Shown here: positions 24,721 to 38,229 of the stretch, in pieces
How the letters are laid out: each line of letters begins with the position of its first letter
Position numbering within the stretch: position 1 is the first letter of the stretch
Source: Carcharhinus amblyrhynchos
Lineage: Eukaryota
NCBI GenBank assembly: GCA_965287045.1
Contig: OZ336870.1
Location: 111,848,001 to 111,912,000, forward strand
Length of the DNA stretch: 64,000 nt
Direction of reading: 5' to 3'
Position numbers and translations under genes: made by a program
The notes under the pieces: generated by a model
The model's database searches: none
What the model was told of the DNA's origin: nothing
The model's input: the letters and a program-made list of their open reading frames with translations, nothing else

Positions 24721-27599
24721 TGGGTTCTATAGGTTTAACCATTTAACTTATATTCCTGCTGTCTACTTCCAAACCTTATCCTCATTAACTAGCTTTCTGA
24801 GGAGCAAATACTACTTTTTCTTCATCAATCTACTTCTCCAACTTTCAAAAAAGTTTTCACAGAGAATACAGCTTTATGCAGAGAAATCCATTGCAGACAA
24901 TATTGGGACCTAGTTATTTTTACAGTAGATTACCAGGCTATTGGAATTTTTGTTTTATCATTGATTTGCCTCCCATTTATTAAATATTTCCTCATGCATG
25001 CACTCTTACCTGAATGATACAGAAAGCTTGGGCCTATGCCAGCCTTAGTTAACACCATTATGCTGCCAAGAAGTGTTAGAATAACTGGGATGACTCAATG
25101 GATGATTCCAGTGCTCCCGCTCTCCTTGAGGGCAAACTCACTGTTTGTTAATAACAACATGACCTTGAGTGGTGAAGCTACATTATTGGACATAAAGGAC
25201 AAAGCCCAAGTCTTTCACTTCTTTAATCATGCTGGGATTCAGTATGTTATTCTGAACCCTTTCTTGTTCTCTCAAAGAATGCAAGGAATTATTTTTGGAA
25301 ATTGGGCTATCTGAGCTTTCCTACCATAAATCGAAGAGTCCTAACAAAATAAAACTAGCTCATGATAAAACAAGTTATCAAATAATACTCCTTGTAATGC
25401 ATAGATTTCTTTTTCATTAAATAATAGATAGTTTTGCATTGTGAACTAGGACCTTAGCTACTGTACTGTTAATGCCAAATTAGACAATAATAAACATGAT
25501 AGGACTCGAATATGGAGGGAGAATTGTTGGTGAGAGACTACCAATGCAGCCATTATTTTGCTTCAGGGCAAACTTCACTGCTATGTGAACCACTAAGACA
25601 GAATAAAGCTTTTTATTCATTATTATGGCATTTATATGTTAGTCAGAACCAACTACAATTATGAATTTAAAACTGAATTTAAACTGAGATGGGTGGTAGT
25701 CACGCCAGATGTATGTCACATTTTTATGCAGAGGAGACACAATTAATATTTTCAATGAATGTAATGGGGGATTACTGTGAGAACTGACCACAAAAATTGA
25801 TATTGACTTAATTAAGATTTTCACTTTTCGACATCCATAGTTTGTCTTGATGCAACCATACGTGATCTGATATTCTTGATGTATCTCTAATTTGGCTAGT
25901 GTGAGAAAACATGATTATTTTCACTAATTCAAGGCAATATATCATTTGTCGAAGTTGATGATTAAAGATATTGGTATACTAGTAACCCTACCATTTTACT
26001 GCATTCTTGTTTTTCTGCATCCGTGGATAAAGCACTCTTATCTTCTGACAATGGTCAATGCAAAGTGCTGCCTTATAACAGCGTGATGCCAACTTTAATG
26101 CACAGCTGTTGATTTAGGCTGGTCTGTGGTCACTTTGTCTGGAGATCTGATCCATTGTTTCTCATGAGCTGCTGGCAATTTGGAGACAGAATTGGGAAGG
26201 AGAGTTATGTCTCAGCCTGTGGAGTTTGCTCAAGAGATAAAAATAATGCTCAGCTTTAGTATGGTATCTAAGAAATCGATAAAATAGGATTACCAAGTTG
26301 TGCATAATTGGTGTGTGTTTTTTAAAATTCAGTATTTATAATCAGCACAAATTCAAACAAAAACAATCCCAACAGTTTCTTGGCTACAAATGTGTCACAG
26401 GTTTTTGCCTACGCTGAAATAATGTACCATGCAAGCAGTGCAAATAACAAGCTGTTGGTTTACTGGGTTACACAGACATCAATGTTTTTGGTTGTACCCA
26501 AATCAGTAGTTCCTGGCATGTGACTTATGGACCTAATGAGAGCAATACTTAAAAATAGCACACACAGATGGGAAACCACATTTTCTGAAGGAAATTTTGC
26601 GAGTAAAAAGTACTTGTTGGACTCTCTCCCAATCTCAAACCAATAATTTAAAACATTGCATACTTCATCTTCAAGGCAGTTCTGGTTATCATTTTTCATT
26701 TGTGCTTTCTCATTTTCTGTTTCATTTTGCTACCCACGAATGCCTTGTACAAGAGTTGCCTGAATGATTAAATTTCAGTTGGTCACAATTCTTGATTACA
26801 GGTGGGCAAGCTCATTCTTCCCAAGATAAATGATGGTCTCAAAACGAAGTGATAATAAACTCCATGTCGTCATGTACTACTGCAAAATAAATTAGATGTA
26901 GTTAATGAATTAAGAATTGCCTGCTGCTTTAGGATGCTGGAATTCCGTATGGATTTTTCTTTGCTACCTTATGGATGGTATTAGCTACTATTTTGTGTCT
27001 AATATTTGACTACATTATCAGGTAGGTTTACAAGTTCACACTGGCAATAACAGGTTGTATCTCTAGTTTTTATTGTTAATTAAGTGAGGTAAATATGTCT
27101 TGTGCAGTAGGTGTGGGGAATTCATAAACCCATTTATAAATAGTGGATTAATGATTTCATCACATTCAGTGCACTAATACATTTCCCCCAAATTCTCCCT
27201 CATGTGATAAGTGATCTGTTGGACAGAAATGATCCCGGCTTTTCTCGTATCAAAATGCACCAATTTTGAGGTTAAGAAGGAGTTAAAAGGTATACTGTCA
27301 GAGCCAGTTGGCTATATTTTTCACGTATTTCCAGCTGCTTACTGAATTAATTAGCAGAAGGTGAGCATAAATTTAATCATTTGTAAGTTATCAAACACGT
27401 ATTTGCACTTCTTTATTTATAACTATAATCTGGTGTCAGAAAAACTGAATGTACTCAAACACAAAATATTTATACTTAAATCCCTCTAAGGATGAATTCT
27501 ACTTCTATTTTGTCTATTTGCCAAAGACTGCAGCTTTTACCATTTAATATAAATCTCATACTGTTGTTAGAATTTAACCAAGTCCTTGTCTACTTTAAT

Positions 27600-27935
27600 A
27601 TAGAAGCAAAATAGTGTGGATTCTGGAAATCTGAAATAAAAATAGAAAGAGCTGGAAAAGTCAGCAAGTCAGGTAGCATCTGTGAAGAGAAACAGAGTTA
27701 GTGTTTCATGTCCAGATGACCTTCCATTGACCTGAAACATCAGCTCTTTTTCTCTCCATAGATACTCACCAGAAACCTCTATGCTCGCTTGTGTCTGGGA
27801 TTCTCTGGTGCTGCTGAAAGATGAAGTTCTGGGTGGAATGCTAAATTTTCCATTTTTATTTGCCACAGGGCGGCCATGGACGAGATTTGAGAATCCCACC
27901 AGCTCTGCCCTGCTGACCTTTTCCAGCAATTTTTT
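27600..27935. mobile_element. Fold-back (inverted) Penelope terminal pair with a MITE inserted in the right arm
   Basis: Left arm gctggaaaagtcagca...gcatctgtgaagaga...gtttca (27651-27708) is the reverse complement of tgaaac...ctctccatagat (27733-27766) plus tgctgaccttttccagc (27911-27927). The insert has TIRs gggattctc/gagaatccc (27797-27897). Confidence 0.7.
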
Positions 27936-27944
27936 TATCTATCC

Positions 27945-28205
27945 CTGTCTGCTCTCCCAGATGAATATAAAAGATCCCATTGCACTACAAAGACAAGATC
28001 AGGGTAGTAATCCTTGGTATTCTGGCCAATACTTATTCCCAATGAACTTCACTAAGAGTGGATTATTTATGGGAGCTTGCCATGCTCAAATTGGCTGCTG
28101 AGTTTTCTATATCTTAACAGCGGCCACACTTCAAAAAATATTTCATGGTAAACCATTTGGGATGTCTTGAAGTCATGAAAGATGCAATATAAATGTAAGT
28201 CTTTT
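27945..28205 (+). mobile_element. Deu-domain SINE 3' half
   Basis: aaaagatcccattgcacta...ctggccaata...aaattggctgc...cacttcaaaa...tataaatgtaagtctttt. Confidence 0.7.
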
Positions 28206-28654
28206 GTTTGCTAATTATACTACCTGTTTAAATCTATGAAAAGAAATCAATCTAATGTACTGGGAAATTCCTGTTCTGGGGTGGATGACTATGGCTCCTT
28301 TAATAATGAAAAGTACAGGGGAGAAATAAATTTGCTTAGCAGTGCTACAGTTTCCCTAGAGGAAGGTAGTGGCCTGCCGCATTGCTTGCTCCAGTGAATC
28401 AATGTAAGTCTGTGTAAAAGAAAAGCGACACTACAAGAACAGATTTCTCTGCCTACATCAAGGTTATCCAATTGCATGAAATACATTGGATCCAACTTTG
28501 GAAATTTGTTACAGTATGATGTATTCATCAGATAAACTATTGGACATAAACTAGCATGGGTAGAATAGTAGGGTCCAAAGGACTGCATTTCAAATTTTGT
28601 TTAGCCATAATAATTTTATATATTTGCATGCAATAATCTTTTAACACATTTACA

Positions 28655-29015
28655 GTGGAAGCAATGACCTATTAGTTCTATCGTTAGACCATTAACCCAG
28701 AAACTCAGCTAATGTTCTGGGGACCCAGGTTTGAATCCTGCTACAGCAGATGGAATTTGAATTCAATAATATCTGGAATTAAGAAGCCACTGATGGTCAT
28801 GAAACCATTGTCAATTGTTGAAAAAAGCCATCTGGTTCATTAATGTCCATTAAGGAAGGAAATCTGTGTTGTCCTTATCTGGTCTGGTCTAGATGTGACT
28901 CCAGAGCCACAGCAATGTGTTTAATGCTCAACTGCCCTCCAAGGGCAACTAACGGTGGGCAATAAATGCTGGCCAGGCAGTGATGCCCATGTCCCACGAA
29001 TAAATTAAAAAAAAA
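28655..29015 (+). mobile_element. tRNA-derived SINE (third family), near full length
   Basis: B-box-like ggtttgaatcc, conserved core, tail gggcaataaatgctggcc...cccacgaataaattaaaaaaaaa. Confidence 0.8.
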
Positions 29016-29899
29016 TACAAACTCACTTATTTGCTCCCAAACGTGTGTTGTGAAATCCAATGCATTTCTAATATATTTTATTTTCTCTTGAAATTCATCT
29101 ACATTTGAATATTGCTTTGGACTACCAATCTGTTTTGATGCTACATTATATTTTAGTGTAAGTTATTTTTATACTTTGCATCTATTGCTATAAAAAGTTT
29201 AGCACAAGATAAAGCAGATGTGAATGTTGGCAATGTGACTTTACATCAGCAGACACATCCTTCATTTGGATGTAAATTTTAATGGCATTATGAAAGGGAT
29301 TAATTGGGTCTGCAGGAGATTGAAATGCACTCTCTTTTACTCCTCTATTTCTGCCTCTCAGTAGGGATGTAATTTTCTGCTATTATCATTTATTTCTGAA
29401 ACCCCTCAGCCTTGGACTGAACTGAATACGATCGTTGTGAGGCCAGATTGCAAGAAGCATCACACCATAGTCTCCTGCAGAATCCATCTAACAGCTTATA
29501 AACTGAATTGAGACTGTATTAAGAGACAGTTGTTGATGATACTGATACTAATACACTGATAGTCATTATTAAAGTAATGTGGCTCAAGTGCAAGTTGAAA
29601 GGTTTTTCAAGGAACTATTGTAAAAGCATAGATTTGGATAAAAGAAGTAGCACACTCACTGATACTGATACTGGGGTGAACCAAAATTAGAAACAGTGAA
29701 TAGTTGAACTCTTTGGGTTATCTGCATGGATTTGTGCCATGTACTGTGTGTACCACAGAACCATACAATCAATAGCCAGCTTCCATTTATAGCCATATAG
29801 ATAAGTTCTGAGTATACAGCGCTATGCTTGGCACGGTATTGAAACAATTCTTAACCTAGCATCTGTGTGCCCTACTTTGGCAATTTTTGAAATAACGTT

Positions 29900-30350
29900 A
29901 CCCTGAAAAACAAATAGAAGAATGTCAAATATCTTCATAACTTTGTTTTCTTTTAAAATCACTCGAGTTACTGGCTTGTCTGAGGGAAGTGTCATCGACT
30001 TGTATTGCTTAAGCTCAAAATCACTTGAGGTGGAGTTGGAGAAATCTGGTATATCAGGGAGAAACAGAAGTTTTTGGAGCAAGCATTTAGAAGGGAAGTC
30101 ACAGCACTGAGCTTTAGAAAACAGGCAGTGGAGGAGAAAAGATGGGTTCTATCCAAGGGAGGGGAAATATGTGAAAGAATCAGTGCACCCAGACCAATTT
30201 ATGCTCTCAAATTTGATGCTTTGGCTTTCTATGGAAAAATAAGATCTTTGGACTACCATAAGAATTGGAGTTGGGTGGAGGAGATGAGACACAAATTAGT
30301 AATAGGGAAATCAATAGTTAGAGAGGCTAATATAAAGCTAGCAGTGTGAA
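29900..30350 (+). mobile_element. Ancient CR1 RT remnant
   Basis: LSEGSVIDLYCL...LEKSGISGRNRSFWSKHLEGKSQ resembles CR1 LDEG..VD.IYLD...GI.G....W....L.GR.Q. Confidence 0.45.
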
Positions 30351-30369
30351 CCAAACAATTTATTAACTA

Positions 30370-31460
30370 CAGGTGAGCCTTCAACACTATTTTTCCTACA
30401 AAACACATCTCCAAATTCCGTGGCCTATTGCTTGGCACCTCCTTCTGCAGTTGGATCCTAGACTTCCCTAACCCAGATCACAATCAGTAAGGATAAGCAA
30501 CAGCACCTCCTCCACAGACATCCTCAACACGCTGCCCCTCAAGGCTGTGTCCTCAGCCCCTTACTATACTCCTTATACACCTATGACTGTGTGGCCACAG
30601 TCCCCTCCAACTCCATTTTCAAGCTTGCTGATGACACCACCGTAGTGGGTTGGAACTCAAACAATGAATACAGGAAAGAGATAGAGAATCTGGTGGATAG
30701 ATTTAATGACAATAATCTCTCCTTCAATGTCAGTAAAATAACGGAGCCAGTCGTCAACTTCAGGAAGCATAATGGAGGACCTGTCCCTGTCTACATGACA
30801 GCCTCATGTTTCTGGATGTCCAGATCACCAACAACCTGTCCTGGTCCCCTCACGCTGATGTTATAGTTAAGAACGCCCACCAACATCTCTACTTTCTCAG
30901 AAGACTAAAGAAATTTGGCATGTCTGCTATGATTCTCATCAACTTTTACAAGTGCACCATAGAAATGCTTCCTTACTGCTTGAATCCCAGCTTGCTATGC
31001 TTCCTGCTCTGACCAAGACTACAAGAAACTACAAAGAGTTGTGAACATAACCCAATTCATCACACAAACCAGCCTCCCATTGATTGACTCTGACTCTGTC
31101 TACACTTCTCACTGCCTCAAAAAAGTAACCAGCATAATCAGGGACCCCAAGCACCTGGACATACTCTCTTCCATCTTCTCCCGTTTGGGAAAAAGACACA
31201 AAAGTTGGAGATCACGTACAAACCGACTCAAGAACATCTGCTGCCATCAGACTTTTGAATGGACCTATCCTATATTAAATTAATCTTTCTCAACACCCTA
31301 GCTATGACTGTAACTCCACATTTTGCACCTTTTTCTTTCCTTATACCCTAGGTATTCTATGAACACATAGCCTTATACTCTATGTATTCTGTATTGAGCA
31401 CAAGAAAGAATACTTTCACTATATCCCAATGCATGTGACAATAATAAATTAAATCAAAAT
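30370..31460 (+). mobile_element. Rex1/Babar LINE, 5'-truncated
   Basis: [50 protein letters not shown]; tail gtgacaataataaattaaatcaaa. Confidence 0.9.
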
Positions 31461-32344
31461 CCCTGATGTTTTGTTGCCTCCTCTCACTCCCTGTTCACTA
31501 TTAGTTATTCCTGGTTGGTTTTATTTTTCCAGTACCCTCCCCCCTTTACAAGTTTAAATTTTTCATTATTCTCTATTTCACCATTTAACATCCATGTGGA
31601 ATGTTCCCATCTGTCCCAGACCTAACTGATAGTGACAGGAGATTTTTACGAGGATACTACTCATGCAAAAAAAAGAAGGACGATATAAGGGACAATTTTG
31701 AACTCCTAACAAGAATTTATGGCAATTGTTTGAGATAATGTGAGCCGGAAGCCCAGCAAGCAGCCCACTTAGGAGCTAGTTAAAATTATATATCATGGGA
31801 CTGTGATTTGCATTTAGTAATGACTCCTCCACTTCATCTGTCGTCAGAACCAGCGGCGTTAAAATCACAGATCAGGGTGAGAAATGCAGCCATTCCACTT
31901 AACTGCTGTCCTGCTTTGTTCCTGCTGATAAAAGAGAGTTACAATCACTGCTACAGAGTGGAATCAAATGGACTCATTATGAACAAAGAAAGGCAGATGT
32001 CAAGGTAAGGAATGGCTTAGACAGTGAAATGATTGGAAAAGGAAAAGTACTTTTAAAAGAGATAAAAGAAAATGTTAAAAAATATCTGATTTACAATGCA
32101 CGTAGAGTTTGGGAAATAAACTGGGGAGAATACTTTATTTAAAAACCCTAGCCTCATAAATCTACCATGAAAGAAACTGGCATAAAATTTGCAGAAGAAA
32201 GGAAAATAAATATAATTAGATATAATAGGAAGGATTACATAAACGTGAAAGTCTAGGCAGAGTGACAATATTGGTAATGATACATGATGTAGAGAATATT
32301 GAAGTAGACGTGGAAATAACTGAAGCTTTTTATATTAAAAGATC

Positions 32345-32630
32345 TATATTAGTGTAACACTTTCCATGCCCACTGGATGTCTCGATTGCTTTACACCACG
32401 AATGAAGTACTTTTGAGGAATACTCACTGTTGTAATGCAACCAATTTGTGTGCAGCAAGCTCCCACAAGCAGCAGTGTGATAACAAGCAGACAATCTATT
32501 TTTGTGGGATTGATTGAAGTCTAAGTAGCAGCCAGAGCACTGGTGTGATCTCCCTTATTCTTCTTTAAACTAGTGCCAGGGGATTTTCTTACATCTACTT
32601 AAGAATGCAGACAAGGCTTTGCTTTAACAT
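32345..32630 (-). mobile_element. Deu-domain SINE 3' half
   Basis: aatgaagtacttttga...ccaatttgtgtgcagcaagctcccaca is the reverse complement of the SacSINE1-like tail. Confidence 0.65.
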
Positions 32631-33074
32631 CACTTAGGTGGGGTGTGTTCACAGACTGTCGGAAGAAAATCAAAAAAGGAACCTGCAGTCAGATTGGAGA
32701 GCTGATTAAGAATAACAGTCATTACTCTGCAAAATTTTAACTATCTGATTATTGAGAATTAAGGAAGTAAATGAAATAGAATTCATGTACATGGCTCCTT
32801 CCTCAAACAGTATGTTAATTGGCCTACAAGGGCAGGGATATACATTGCTGGATCTAATTATGAGGAATGAAATAGATGAGCTGGTTGTGGATTAATACCC
32901 TTGGGAGTAGGAACCATAATATAATAATGCTTCAGATTCAACTTGAAAGGGAAAAGATTTGCAGACAAACCAAAACACCTGATTAAATTAGGGCAGATTT
33001 CAGAATGGTGAGATGGAAGAAGAAATCGAAACACAAAAGGATTTGTAAAGCACCGAAGAAGTATATTTTTTAGA

Positions 33075-34000
33075 AGGCAGTAGCATAATGGTATTATCAC
33101 TGGATTAGTATTCCAGCAACCCAAAGGAAACCTCTCAGGACCCACCATTTGAATCCCACCATATCAGATGGTGGAATTTGAATTTAATAAAAATCTGGAG
33201 TTAAAAGTCTAATGATGACCACGAAACCATTGTCGATTGTTGTAAAAATCCATCCGGTTCACTAATTCCATTTAACCATAGAATTCCTACAGTGCAGAAG
33301 GAGGCCATTCAGCCCAACAAATGTACACTGATTCTCTGAAAGAGCATTTTACCCAGGGCCACCCGCAACCCCATGCATTTACCATGACTAATCCACCTCA
33401 CCTACACATATTTTGACACTACGGGCAATTTACCATGGTCAATGGCGGTTTAGAATGGAGTTGAGGAGGAACTTCTTCACTCAAAGGGTGGTGAATCTCT
33501 GGAATTCTCTGCCCGTTGAAGTGGTGGAGGCTGCCTCGCTAAATATTTTTAAGACGCGGGTTGATGGGTTTTCAATAAGAGAGGGGATTAAGGGTTATGG
33601 GGAGAGGGCGGGAAGGTGGAACTGAGCCACGACAGATCAGCCATGATCTTATTGAATGGCGGGGCAGGCTCGAAGGGCTAGATGGCCTACTCCTGCTCCT
33701 ATTTCTTATGTTATGTTCTTATGTTCTTAATTCACCCATTTTTCTCATCTTTGGACCGTGGGAGGAACTTGGAGGAAACCCACACAGACACAGAGAGTCC
33801 ATGGCACTGTGAGGTTGTGCTGCCATTCACGGTGTGCCACTTTGCCATCACTAGGACTGGCCTGCATGAGACACCATCAGCAATAATGTGGTTGACTTTT
33901 AAGTGGCCTAGCAAGCCATTCAGTTCAAGGGCAATTAGGCATGGGTAATAAATGCTGCTATAGCCAATAATGCCCACATCCCATTAAGTTAATTTTTAAA
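33075..34000 (+). mobile_element. Nested insertion: tRNA SINE (+) containing HE1 SINE (-) containing a CR1 3' end (+)
   Basis: SINE 33075-33272 resumes at about 33845-34000; HE1 minus strand 33275-33437 and 33730-33840; CR1 33440-33727 (RRNFFTQRVVNLWNSLP; tail (cttatgtt)n). Confidence 0.8.
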
Positions 34001-34339
34001 AAACTTTAAAAAGATGAAATTGCTAGTAATTTTAGATCACCAGGAATAAAGAATGAGATTTCTTTTTTAAATTTCTAATATTAAAGGGAGATTATGAATC
34101 TCGTAATGTTAATGAAATAACTAAAGGAGAATATGAAAAATAAAAAAGGAGGTAAGAATGGGATAAGGAAAATAAGATGGAGTAAGAAAAAATACTTTAA
34201 AAATAATATAAATGGAAAAATATTTTATAACTACGTCAATAAAAAGAGAATTGTTAAAACCAAGGCAGGAACTCTGAAAGGTGAGAATTGCTAACTTACA
34301 AAAGATGATCAAAAGTGATGGTGATAGTAGGTGCTTCGT

Positions 34340-35150
34340 ATTGATTGGGGGATATTGGAGAGGAGGTGAATCCTGAAGTGTTTCAGAGCAAGGTAAGCCA
34401 CATTATAATGCAGAAAAATAATACTTTAGATAAGTTAGTTATTTTTGGGAAGGACAAAGCACTGAGGCCTAATGGAATATATCATCTCCTGATTTTAGTG
34501 AGGGAAGGTATTGCTCAGACCCTAGGAATTATATTTCAGTGCTGTATTAATTGTGGAGACATCTCAGCATTACAATTAATATCCATTTTCTAACATGAGA
34601 ATGAGATAAGGTAATCCAGGTAATTATGGGGTTCATTTCTTTTAACATCTGTGGTGGAGGCTCTTAAGAAGAATGAAACTATCACTTAGCTAGATAAAGA
34701 GAAAATAGTTATGAGGAGCTGACAGGGACTTCAACAGGAATGTTTAATAAATCTTATATTTTTGCTACATAAATCTTAAATCATTGCTGAAGATATGAAA
34801 GGCATGATAGATGGAGTAAGTAAGTATGTCAAGAACTGGAACTTAGTTAAAGCCTTTGACAAGGTAACACATGGGAGATTACTAGAGAAGATTAAAGGAT
34901 AAAGAACCAGGGGGATTAAAGCAAATTGAATTAAAATTTGTTCAAAGAGAGAAAACAGAGAGTAAAAATATACAGTAGCTTTTCACAGTGCTTGGAAGTG
35001 GGTAGTGGTGTCACATAAAATTCAGATCTGGGGTCAATAATTTGAACATAAGCCTGGAGAGAGTGGTGTTGAGATTTGCCAACGATATCAAAATAGGAGG
35101 TAGTGTTAATTCCTTAGAAGACCAATAATATTCAAAGAATATTGATAGAA
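34340..35150 (+). mobile_element. Old CR1 LINE RT remnant
   Basis: DKALRPNGIY (compare DKSPGPDGIY), KAFDKVTHGRLLEKIK, LRFANDIKIGG (compare KFADDTKIGG). Confidence 0.75.
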
Positions 35151-36325
35151 TCATAAAATTGTGCAGCACAGAAGGTGACCATTCAGTCCATCAAACTTGC
35201 ACTGGCTCATTCGAAGAGCAACCCAGTTAGTTCCACTCCTCACCTTTCCCCATTTCCCTGCTAATTTTTCTCCTTTAAGTACTTAAACTATTTCTTACAC
35301 AAGGCTTTTATTGAATCCGTATCCATCATCCTAACAGGCAATACATTCCAAATCCTAATCACTCATAAAAACGCTTTTCTTCACATCACCTCTGGTTCTG
35401 TTGTCACTTATCTCAAATTTCTGCCTTCAGGTTATCAATCCTTCTGTCATTAGAACGGTTTTGCTTTATTAACTGTATCCAAATCCATTATCATGTTAAA
35501 CACATTAAATTTCCCCTTAGCCTTCCCTGTTATAAGAGTAAATCTAGTTTTTTCAGTCTATAAATGTAACTGTAAGCCCCTGCCTGGAACTATTTCAATG
35601 AATCTCTTATACTTCCTCTCCAAAGCACTTCCTATAGTTTCGTGCCCAGCACAGAGCACAATACTCTGCTGGGGCCGAATTATTGCTTTATTTGGATTTA
35701 GTAAAACTTTCTGTCTTTGTACTCTGTGCCTCAATAAAGCGTGGGATCCCAAATGCTTTATTAAGATGCGTTGACAAAGATTTGTGCATGAACAACCCCA
35801 GGTTTCTCGTTAATTGAAGAATTACTTGCATCGAATTTCATCTTCCATGTGTCTGTTCATTTGACCAGGATGTCTATGTCTTCTTGGAAACAATCATCAG
35901 CCAGAATCTTATCACCGTTCACGCCAGCGGGGTTTCCCCATCCCACTAGAGTGAACGGAGATTTGGCTGGCTGCCAAATTCTCTGACCTCTCTGCAGTGG
36001 GAGCATGGCGTGAATGGCAGGTAAGATTGCACCCATCATTTTTTCACTGTTTCTGTTTACTGCACTTTCAAGTTTTGTGCCGTCTGAAAGTTTCAGAATT
36101 GTATCCCCAAGTCCAAGTCAGTAATTATGAAAAACAGCAGCAGACCTCATACTGAATCCTAGGAAACATGACTGTGTACCTACCTCACAGTCCAAAAAGA
36201 AATCATTCACCACAGCCCTCTGTTTCCTTAGCTGTTGTTCTGTCATTGCTCCTTTTATCCCCTGAACTTCAGTTTTGCTAAATAGCTGAATATGGGGCAC
36301 TTTACCAAAAGCCCTTTGAAAGTTC
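35150..36325 (-). mobile_element. CR1 LINE fragments (minus), with a MITE at about 35900-36034
   Basis: NFQRAFGKVPHIQLFSK; ALERKYKRFIEIVPG; CR1 tail atcataaaatt.tgcagcacagaagg.gaccattcag.cca. Confidence 0.75.
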
Positions 36326-36769
36326 ATACGCCAACAACAAGACTACATAAGCTGGAAGTTTGTAGAATATGCAGATTGCCACACCAGTCAGCATGTAACT
36401 CTGATTTGACACCAGCTCTACTATCTTTGACCAAGGTGGCCCAGCTGACACCCCCCCTGTACAACTGAACCAGCCAAAAGCCCCCACCTCCACCCCACCA
36501 ATGCTGTTTAAGGGAACCATCAACAATTTACAGGTTAGTTCTCATTAATTTCTACTTGGCCTATTTGAATTTATAGAAGTGCTTGGCGATTTGCAGAATT
36601 GGTTAAAGTTGCTGAAGTTGAAATGGAGAGGTGCTGCACTTGGTTCTGAATTCAAAGGCACTGAAAGCAACTTTCTCTCAGTCATGGCCACTATAGTTAG
36701 CAGCACTTTGGGCTACAGCATGAGAGGAAAGTGAAACAAAGGCAGCAAAGAAGAGGACAAACTGCTCGC

Positions 36770-37300
36770 GAAGGGAGGAGGAGTGAAGAGTCTTAGCAGA
36801 AAGTCTTATCCACCCAAGGTCTTCCAGGAACATTTCGTCGAAACCAGGAACCATGTGTGTTTCATCTGCATTTTACGGTTGGAGATACTGTCAGACCTCC
36901 GCACCTCTTACAATCAGGCCTGCAACTTCAGAGGAAGGACGGTGGTGAAGGTGACCCTGAGCCTGAACTACTTGGCATTGGGACTCTTCCAGGTTGGAGC
37001 TGATAACATCTGTAATATCTCCCTGTTTGCTGTACACTGCTACAAAAGAAAGGTGACAAGTCTTTATGCCAGAAAGGCCAGTTCATTGTGTCCTCATTGA
37101 CCACTAAAGGTTATGTCCTTTCTCAAGGAAATCTGTCTTCCTTACCTGGTCTACCTTACAGGTGACACCAGATCCACAGCAATGTGATTGCCTATTAATT
37201 GCTCACTGAAATCGCCCGACGGATTGCTGGATTGTTTTAAGAACCTGCATGGCCCTTTGAGAACTGATATTTGCTGCCAGTATGGCATTGCTTTGAACCT
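36770..37300 (+). pseudogene. PIF/Harbinger transposase N-terminal (HTH) remnant
   Basis: RKSYPPKVF...VKVTLSLNYLALGLFQVGADNICNISLFAVHC resembles HARBI1-type KVT.ALNF.A.GSFQ...GD.C.ISQ..VH.C. Confidence 0.7.
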
Positions 37301-37350
37301 GCATGGCAACAAGGAGATTTCATGACCTCAGTCTGAGCTTCTACTGTTTG

Positions 37351-37661
37351 GGCGGCGCAGTAGTACAGTGGTTAGCACTGCTGCTTCACAGCTCCAGGGT
37401 CCTGGGTTTGATTCCTGGCTCGGGTCACTGTCTGTGTGGAGTTTGCACATTCTCCTCGTGTCTGCATGGGTTTCTTCCCACAGTCCAAAGATGTGTGGGT
37501 TAGGTTGATTGGCCATGCTAAGAAATTGCCCCTTAGTGTCCAGGGATGAGTACATTAGAGGGATTCGTGGGTATAATATGTAGGGATATGGGGGTAAGGC
37601 CTGGGTGGGATTGTGTTCGGTGCAGACTCAATGGGCTTCTTTCTGCACTGTAGGGTTCTAT
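37351..37661 (+). mobile_element. HE1-type V-SINE
   Basis: ggcggcgcagtagtacagtggttagcactgctgc...gcactgtagggttctatg. Confidence 0.9.
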
Positions 37662-38229
37662 GCAGCCTTGTATTAGTCAATAACTTCTGCTTTTGTTCCA
37701 ATGAAAGCTGAGACATGGGCTGCCAGATGCGAGCTCTGTGCAAAACCCTTTGCCAAGTTGTTGCCAGACTCCTCCATGACAATGACGTCAGGCTTCTTGG
37801 CAGGCTTGTCAATCTCTGTGTACATGCCATTGGAGTGCCCATCTGGATCCTTTGCAGCAGAACTCATGAGGAACCTCACCCTCAGTAGAACTGGCACCAG
37901 CCCTTTCCCCCACCCTGGTTATAGGGTATCCATGTCTGGTGACTCAACACCAGCAGATTCTGTTAACTTCTAAAGTAGGTATAGTTCCCATATCTGAGCT
38001 AGTAACTGCCAGTGTGAGAGTGAATATTTCTTCCTCATTAGATGCTTGTTCTTCTTGCGCTGCTCGCTCCTACACCAGTGTTTGAATAGGTGGCAGTTTT
38101 TGGATATGTGAAAGAATACAGGCATGTGGATAGGGTTATGGTTAGAGGAGGGAGGAAAAGCAATAGTTGCATGTTCGCACCATTTCAGTTTGTAAATCAC
38201 AAGAGCTTGTGGGATGAGGGAAAGGTGGG

